NCBI GenBank assembly: GCA_003344405.1
Contig: NOWV01000002.1
Location: 1,116,001-1,180,000, forward strand
Direction of reading: 5' to 3'
DNA: 64,000 nt
From: Trichoplax sp. H2
Lineage: Eukaryota
The number at the start of each line of letters is the position of its first letter. Position 1 is the stretch's first letter. Shown here in pieces: positions 27,101-36,100 of the stretch. The notes below the pieces were generated by a model that made no database searches, was not told the origin of the DNA, and saw nothing but the letters and a program-made list of their open reading frames with translations. A program made the translations under genes and the position numbers.

Positions 27101-30100
27101 ACTCATTTTATATAGACTAGCAGGTTGGAAGCTAATAATACAAATCAAACGGAACAAGCAGTTGAAACTTTGGATAAGGCAGTTACAACTGATAAGAAAT
27201 TATATGGCGGCGATCTTATTATTGCAAAAAATGCGATGAAAACGATCAATAACGTATCGACAACTGTAACAGTATCCTTATTGATTGTTAGTACTCATAC
27301 AATATTTTTTTAACATAATATTCTATCATTTAGCTATCAAATTGTGTTATTTACTGTTTAATTATACCTACTATTGAAGCGCATATTAGTAATCCCGATA
27401 CTTCATACATAAGAATTTAACTTTAATGATAAACTCACGACACGACAGCATACTAGAGCGGATAAAGAAATCATATATTTAGTATGCCTGTAGCCAATAC
27501 TAGAAATCTATTGTAGTAAATTTACAATCTAATCGTTTCTTGATTAAATTCTGGTATTTGGATATGCTTGATAGATTACAATTAAGGCGTTTGTTTAGTT
27601 TACCTAAACTAAGGACCTCTTTTAATAGCATCACTGCTTATTTCTGTATGTAAATATTAGATAAATGGGATAATTAAATGGACAGTTTAGCTATCAATAT
27701 ATGCGAGAAATCTCTTAACTATAATATAACCTATTTAGTATAGATATTGCATGCAACGATTCAGAGTGGATTTCTTTTAATATTTATTACTTATCGTAGC
27801 TCTCAAACATGTAGGCTTACATAAGGTATCCTAGGAGACCTTCAAGCCATTTTTTTGATAGCCGAGTAAAATTATGCTACTTGGCCTTGCAAATATGATC
27901 ACTACTAACTATGTTGTATATTTCAACCAATACCCGCAGAAATTTGTCAATATTAGCAATAGCCTATTAAATCTTCAAAACAGAGATGAATGGAAAAATG
28001 TGCAAAAGGTAATCTTAATTATGTCTAGCTTATATCACAGTACACGTATTATCTTTTGATTAAAATTGAGGTATCACAGATGGACTATTAGTCTTTACAT
28101 ATAAACTATTAACCAATACTGTATCGTTATGTAATAGTCGAGTTCTGGAAGCTCATCAGTAATGCAAAGTTTAGAGGATTTTGCCGGTAAATTGGATCTC
28201 GAGCCAAATAGCAACAAGACAACTTCAATTACCACCGAAAATATAGGTAAAATCAGATAGTACCAAACTTGGTTAAATATCTTGTGCAACAGGCACTATA
28301 GAATTGATGATGTTAATATAATTTCTGAGGCCAATTAGATAGTATTTGTTTAAATATCTTATGCAGCAGGCGCTATAAAATCGATGATGTTAAAACATTT
28401 TCCATGGTCATTCATTAATTACCAACAAGCCTAGATATTAACTATATCTTGCCATTATAAATAGATAGTACATCTAGACTATTCTACACTCAGTATTTAC
28501 TCTTCAGCCTTACAGGATAACACTTTGCACGGTCTAGTAAACTGTCGTGTTGTTTTAATCCACTAGAATGTACTCGTCTATAAGTTATAGTAACTATTCC
28601 TATTTATATACTAGTTCTACAGATTAATCAATTAGCCGGAAGCCAGGCAAGCTCCGATTTCCAATTTCCTACCAACAATACCAACGATGTTGATATGGCA
28701 TACGACAATATTGCGGTCAGGGTGAACTTACCAAAGCAAATAATTCAGGATAATAAGGGTAATTACTCAGCTAAGAATTAAAATATGGTAAATTATATGC
28801 CGATTTTTAGTATTAAATTTAAAGTAGATTTAGCTATACATTCTAGTCATGAAAATTGACTATTATATGGGCCTTTTATACCTTCATTTATTATAAACAA
28901 AATTAATGTAGGCTTCAGTTTAATGTGTATTTTGTAGTTTAATCCATTGAGTTTATTAAAATCATTATCATATGTTTCAAATCAGTTTCCTAAATCATAC
29001 AGTTAATTATGCTAAATTACTATTGATTTATTATTTGTTTAATGTAGTTAACAAAGCCGTCAGTATCGTCTTTAACACGCTTGCAGAAATTTTACCCTCA
29101 GCGGGGCTAAATAGAAGGTGAGAATTTCAAATTATTCATACTCAATCATCATGTTCAAATATATTTCATAGATCGTTGAGTCTGAAATGAGTTAAAATGA
29201 TGACAGTCGATAGTGTTCAATTAGTAATATTCGAAACTTCGTTGGAGCAATTTCTTAGTCTTGTTGATAAAAATTAAGCTTATGATAACAACGCTATTTT
29301 GTTACAGCAACGATGGCAATGCTACAGCAGTAATCAATTCTAAGGTTTTCTCCATGTCGATATATCCCAAGTTGCAGAAAAGATTTGCTCGTTCATTCTT
29401 ATTGCTCTTCAACAATAACCAACAAGTAAAGTATTCAGTTTTAATGGTATTGATTAATTAGTGTCTTCGATATCTAGAATTTATTATAAGTGCTTGTATA
29501 AATGCAGCATAGCTGTTCTTGCGACGTGATGATGATTTTATTTATTTACTAGTTAAGATAAAATATTAAGTAACGGATGAAGAATCATAATTTAATTAGG
29601 AGTATTAACCGGTTTTGATTTGTTTTTTGGGATGTAAATATCAAGCATTATATAATTCTGTTAATTCCGTTTTAAATTTGCAGGTTAATACATCTAGCAA
29701 TAACTCCAGGATAAGAAATCTCTGTAGCTTTTGGGATTTTACATCAGAGTAAATCTCTTTCTATCTAGATTATATGAAATTGCTATGCTTAGATGTTACC
29801 TATAACTGAAAATTTAAGTAAAGATTGGTACATGATTGTTTTAATTACTCTGTAAGATTATTAAAAGGCCTGAGTATTTCGTATTGCCAAGATAAAGCGT
29901 ATCCGCACTGAGTGCTGCTATTTTTTGAATGTGCCTTGATCTTTTATATGTAATTGAGACTTGACTTTTAGATCTCTACTAAAGTTACTGTATTATTAAT
30001 TCATTAGTTCACAATTAGTTCAACATTTGTTTTTTAGTAATACTGATAAATATCTACTTAATATAGCTGTTTCATCCCTTTATATGTAATTGAAGATTTG

Positions 30101-33100
30101 AGTATTTAGTGTATGAAGAATACAGTAATAGATCTTCACTAAAGTTACCATTTTATTAATTTATTAGTTTGCAACTAGTTCAATGTATATTTTTAGTAGT
30201 ACTAATAAATGTCTACTTAATATAGCTCTTTTATTAGATGAAGTATTATCATTCTCTATACTTAATCGAAGATTTAATTTTTGGGCATTATCGATGATTA
30301 ATGAACTCTACTAGAAAAATAGGGATTTTTTTGTTTTAATCTTTATTAATTAAAGAGTCGACCCTCTGTATAACCAACGAGAAGCACTATTTAAATTAAT
30401 ATTTCATTAATTTAATTAAATGAATTAGAACTGGCGGATGGTCAGATTCAGGATGCAAAGTTGGTTCAGAATCCAATGCGTTACAAACTGCGTGTTACTG
30501 TGATCATTTAACTACGTTTGCTACATTACTACGAAGAACCGAAGAAGAGGTAAGTAACACAATATCCGTAACATAATGAATCACACAGCATCTGAGATTA
30601 AGTATGCTATGAATTTATGTTATTTCCTGATGTTTATCCGCAGTATACTATAATTCGATGAAACTGCTGCTACTATCAAGCGCATTATTACGTATAATAA
30701 TTCGAATTTGGAATTTAGACGTAGCATGAAAATATTGAACGATAAACGCTTATCTTCAAATCATTGACATTAGCTAAATTAACTGTAGTTATAATTATAA
30801 TTTAGATTCAATTGGACTCCATCAAATGGAAGCTATCAATTCTTACTGAAATCTATAGTAGATTAGGATCAAATTAGATTACTACAGCTATTAAGTTGAT
30901 TCTATTTCGTGTTTACCAGAGATAAACATTTACAATAAGAACATTGCTATTGCTCAATCAGTCATAATCTGTACGTGAATTATGCCAAATTAATATTTAT
31001 TAAGTTGTAATAAACAATCCTTGGATCAAGAAATTCTACCAAAACTCGTGACGCTCGTATATGGCATAATTTAAAATTTCTTTCTCGAATACTTAGATAG
31101 CTCCAGGACACAGACTTGCGTTAGAAATAATTACTTTTGTTGGTTGCGGTTTATCGGCTCTTGGACTTTTAATCACCATTATTGTCTTTGCTGTTTTATG
31201 GAGGTAAGTCTTCATTAGGTACAGGTGCTGTACCTTAAATATTAAATTAGACATAATACGTAATTATGTCAAGCAGAGAATTTATTAATATCAAAAAATG
31301 CAAGAGCAAAATTATTTTAGTTGGAGATACTCTTTTCTATCCTTCGGATTATTTCTTCATGGTATTATATTTATTATTTTTTTTTTCACTCGATAGATTC
31401 CTTAATAATACCAAGAATGTCATTAGTATGAACCTTTTTGTATGTCTACTTGTCGCGAATTTATTAATTCTCTTTGGTTTACCAAGAACAGAAATTAAGG
31501 TGCTAATTCGTATTATGTAATCATATTTCTAAAAATTAGATTGTTTGATTGTGGTGGCAAGGTTAGTTTAATGCCAACAAAATAAGATTTAATCACCAAA
31601 TATACTAACGTCTCTTGCAGCCATTGTGTGCAGTGATAGCTGCAGCTTTACACTACACTTTATTAGCCTCGTTTTTTTGGATGTTACATGAAGGAATTTT
31701 CATGTATTTAATGTTGGTCAAAGTCTTTGATGTTAGTAATAAGGTGGCATGGTATTTTATAACCGCTTACCGTAAGTTGGAACCTTTTATTTATCCAGTA
31801 TACTTTTTGGCTGTTTATACTTGTTAAGCAATCATTTTACAGATAAGATGGTGAATTAATATTATAACATGCTAGACCTAAAAATATTAATCTTCTCTTT
31901 CCTAATTTTAAACAATACCATTGTAAATGTTTTTACAAAAACTAGTTATACCTGCCTTGATTGTTGGAATAACTGCTGGTGTGACGATAAGTAATCTTGG
32001 GCTCGACGGATACCTAAATGATTATGCGTAAATTTTGGATAACTATTGAATCAAGTCGTAGAAATAATAACCAATAGAATTATAATATTTAATATACCTT
32101 TAATACGGCTCTCATGAATAAGATACTTACGTAAAGAAATTAATATTGATTGGATGCTTAAATTTTTAAAGGTGTTGGCTTGAAAACGAACCCCCAATCT
32201 TTTTGGCTTTTATTGTTCCAATGTTAATACTAGTCGTGGTAATTTGCTATATAAGCTTATTAGATTAATGAATTAATCTGCCTTAAAGAACTTTTATTAT
32301 CCATGAGACTTATCTGTTTAATATTACTACGATTACTCAAACAACTATTATATATAGATATAAAATCTTTTAAAATACTAATTAACCTATGATGAATTTT
32401 ATAGGTCAATTGCGTCTTATTTGGTATCGCTCTCAAAGCAATGCTGAATACGCAAAAGATAAATCAGCGCAAAGATGACGAGCAATTCCTAAAATTAAAG
32501 TAAGCATTCTATACTGATGAGTTGAGTGCGGGAAAGACATAAATTAATTTACGTATAACCTAATTACTGGATGTCTATAGCGGTTGTATGCACAATTTGG
32601 TATCATGGTTTAGCGAATTTGATTCATAAGTTTAATTGCTTATTATGCTAACAGGGCAGGCTTGCGAGCAGCAATAGTTTTATTGCCGTTATTAGGTGTT
32701 GGATGGATTTTGGGTGCAGTTATCATTGCTACTGATAACATAGTCTTCCAGTATCTCTTTGCGATCGTAAATTCTTTGCAAGTAAGTAAAGTATTTGATA
32801 TGCCAATATAAAATTTCCAGATCGAAGCCAAATAGTTAGTTACTCGCAAAACTGTGAAATTAGTATGGATAATAATAGATAATAGTTTCACTTTATATTG
32901 AAAAAATTAGAGATCTGATTATTACTTAGCTACATTAGCTATGATGCGGGCTTAACAATCACCATTACAACCTCCTATTACGATTTTTAGCAAATAGGAA
33001 TAAAGTCGTAAAAAGAGCTATAATACGTTACTTATTACTTATCATTGCTACTGTTGTAATCAAGTGATAATAACAGAATATTAACTACATTATCCGATGC

Positions 33101-36100
33101 GATATTCTCTAATTTTGAAAATTAACTTCAATATGTAGGGATTCGTTATCTTAATATTCCAATGTCTCAAAAATCGCCAGGTTTGATATGATTGTCGCAA
33201 TAAAATAGTGTTAGTATTGAGAATAGTTTAAAAGATGCGAAATTTGCCTTCATCAAGGTTTTGCAAGCCTATCGATCGATGATGAAAAAGAGGACAAGGC
33301 GCGAGTCAGCTTCATCATCTACGGGCCGCTCAAGAACCAAAAGAATGTTGTCTAGGTAATTTGATGAATTGGATGGTTCATGATTTATGTTGATTTGCAG
33401 TACTATATCATCAACAGGTATTTGATCTATTTACTATCAATCTAATATTTTAGTTGGACTACCGGTAGTCGATCGACAATTTCGACTGGGCTATCTTCGG
33501 AAGATAATTCTGCTGCTTCGAAATTAAGATGGAAGATAAGTATTGGCGAAGTTCTGGCAGGCAACAAAGCAAATGTAATAATTTTGAGATGTGTTTGGCA
33601 ATTTAAATAATTGTGCAAAACTTGACATTGAGAGTACTACCGGTACTTACTCATTATCTCAAACGTTTTATCGCCTTTTAACTATATGATTTATTCGTTT
33701 GTGTTGCATAATTGCACCAGAGTATTTGCTAATACATTAGCAAATCGTGAAGCTGGTATGACTAATGTTATATTAACCAAGAATTAAAGCTGGCACGATA
33801 TAACCAATCGCTTATTGCTGATTTTCAATACCTAATTTATCGAAATTTTCTGATTTTGCAGAAGGTTCGAGGCAGTAAACCTACTGAATTAGTACAAAAG
33901 AACGTCAGATTTATCGTTGAAGAAAAGGTAAATGTTTACTAAGTCAAGAATGTATAGAAGAGATTTATATCAGTTACAGAAAGAGCTGTATAATATTTTT
34001 CAGATTGACTGACTTGTCGCTAGTATTTCTATATAATTAGATATTTATTTTAGCTTGTTATAGCCATTATCAAGCTAGAATTGTTAGCGCTTTTAGCCTA
34101 TATCGAACTAAAATATATCTATTATATTTAAAGTTAGATACCTGTAGTTCAATTATAATACATTTTTTATATCACCTATTAGGAAATGCCAAGTACCATG
34201 ATTAGCAATCAGAATGAAAGTACCAGTATCGTTGATCATGATCAGGTAAGCTAATAGCTCTAATAATATAATTATGGTCATTATAATACATTTTTTACAT
34301 CACCTATTAGGAAATGCCAAGTACCGAGATTAGCAATCGGAATGAAAGTACCAGTATCGTTGATCATGATCAGGTAAGCTTATAGCTCTAATAATATAAT
34401 TATGGTCATTTAACACCTTTAAGTAATATACTTAGTATCGGATATGCAAAAATTGGATAAATTATAGTTGACTCATTTTGGTACACTATTTTATGATATG
34501 TAGTTATTGAATTCAAGCGTAAATCAAGATAGCGTTGAAGACTCTATGCCACTCCAAAGTAATCTAGATCTTGATATGATTTATAAATTTATCTTACCGA
34601 TTATATTCTGTATTATGGCGACCAATTAACATACATATACGCATACATATAAGATTCATTGTCAAGTGATGAAGAAAAACATATTTCTACTATGGAATTG
34701 CATGCTACTCCCCATGACGTAAGTGTTGTAGAGTGTTTGGAAAAATCTGCAATAATAATATTGCCCAAGTATACTATTGCTAAATATTTATACATTAATT
34801 TGACTTTATTTCTTAAATTATAGTCAGAATTGAATTCTGTCCACGAGATTGATTGTAATGAGTTACAAGGTAAATAATCACAACGTATATGTTTTATTAC
34901 GATACTAATTTAATTCTATTGTATAGAAAGCAATAATTCTAATGTATAGAAAGCCATGATATTGATGGTTCTGATTTTGATTATAGATTTAATTTTACAA
35001 GATGAAAGAAACAATCAGCTAAATGTAAATTCTGATGAACATGAGGTACGTTTGGATTGGTATAAAAATATCACAAAGCTACCTCCTTTAGTGGAGAATA
35101 CTGCAAGTATTGCATTATTGCATGTATGAATTAGAGTAGCACCGATACCGATACATGTGCTACAGAAGGTGTTAACGATCTATTACATATGCAAGCTTAT
35201 AATTGAAATTATTCATACACTAAACGAATATATTTAAATTGAGATGATTTGTAATGTAGAAAATTTCTTCTAATCAAGCATTCCATCACTGCATGTATGA
35301 ATTAAAGTATTACTACTGATATAAGTACTGTAGAATGCGTTTACAATTTATTACATATAGAAATGTGTAATTAGAATTACTCATACAGTAAATGAATACA
35401 TTTATATTTAGATTATTTGTAGTGTAGAAAATTCCTTTTGATCTGAGTAGACATTAAATACGATATAAATTAGAAATAGACTTGGTACAGTAAGACTGAC
35501 GTAGCATACATAAGTATGAAGAGTTATCGCTGAGTGGATATAAAAGTGAATTACATCTCTACTTGTAGATGTAATGCGTCATGTAGTAACACCATTTTCG
35601 ATTCGAGCATGGTAAATCTAGATAGAGCTAAAAGTATTTAGCTCTAGAAATCAAAATTTTACTTCCATGGTCAATCGTACAGAAAGATCATTGAGTAAAC
35701 GTGCTTTATTAAGGCTTGTAATTGATTATTACAATGATATATACTTTTTAAAATGTTGAATTTACCTATTTTAGGTGACAATCAAAAAGGATTATTCAAT
35801 TTTGCTCGGAGAAGGTAGCTCTAATAAGTTTTTTATTAATTATATCAATTACAAATTGAACCATTTTCAACTACCCCTGCGCTCTTCTATTTAAGCGTAA
35901 GCATACTAATTGTTGATCTACCATTGATCCTATTTTAGCGCCACCTTTAATTACATTCCAAGCATACTGGGCAACAATTTTTGCTAGAAAGAGTCATACA
36001 GTAATCTATTTATGTCCACCCGACTGTACAGCTATCGAATTATGGAAAGAAATGGAATTGCAGAAAAGTGGAGATTTAATGATTCAGCTAGTATCTGCCT

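Noticed and set aside
35569..35611. AG...GT-bounded candidate exon in the intron before D1
   Set aside because: In the required phase 0 it reads ATG TAA, and 35045 joins 35775 in frame without it.
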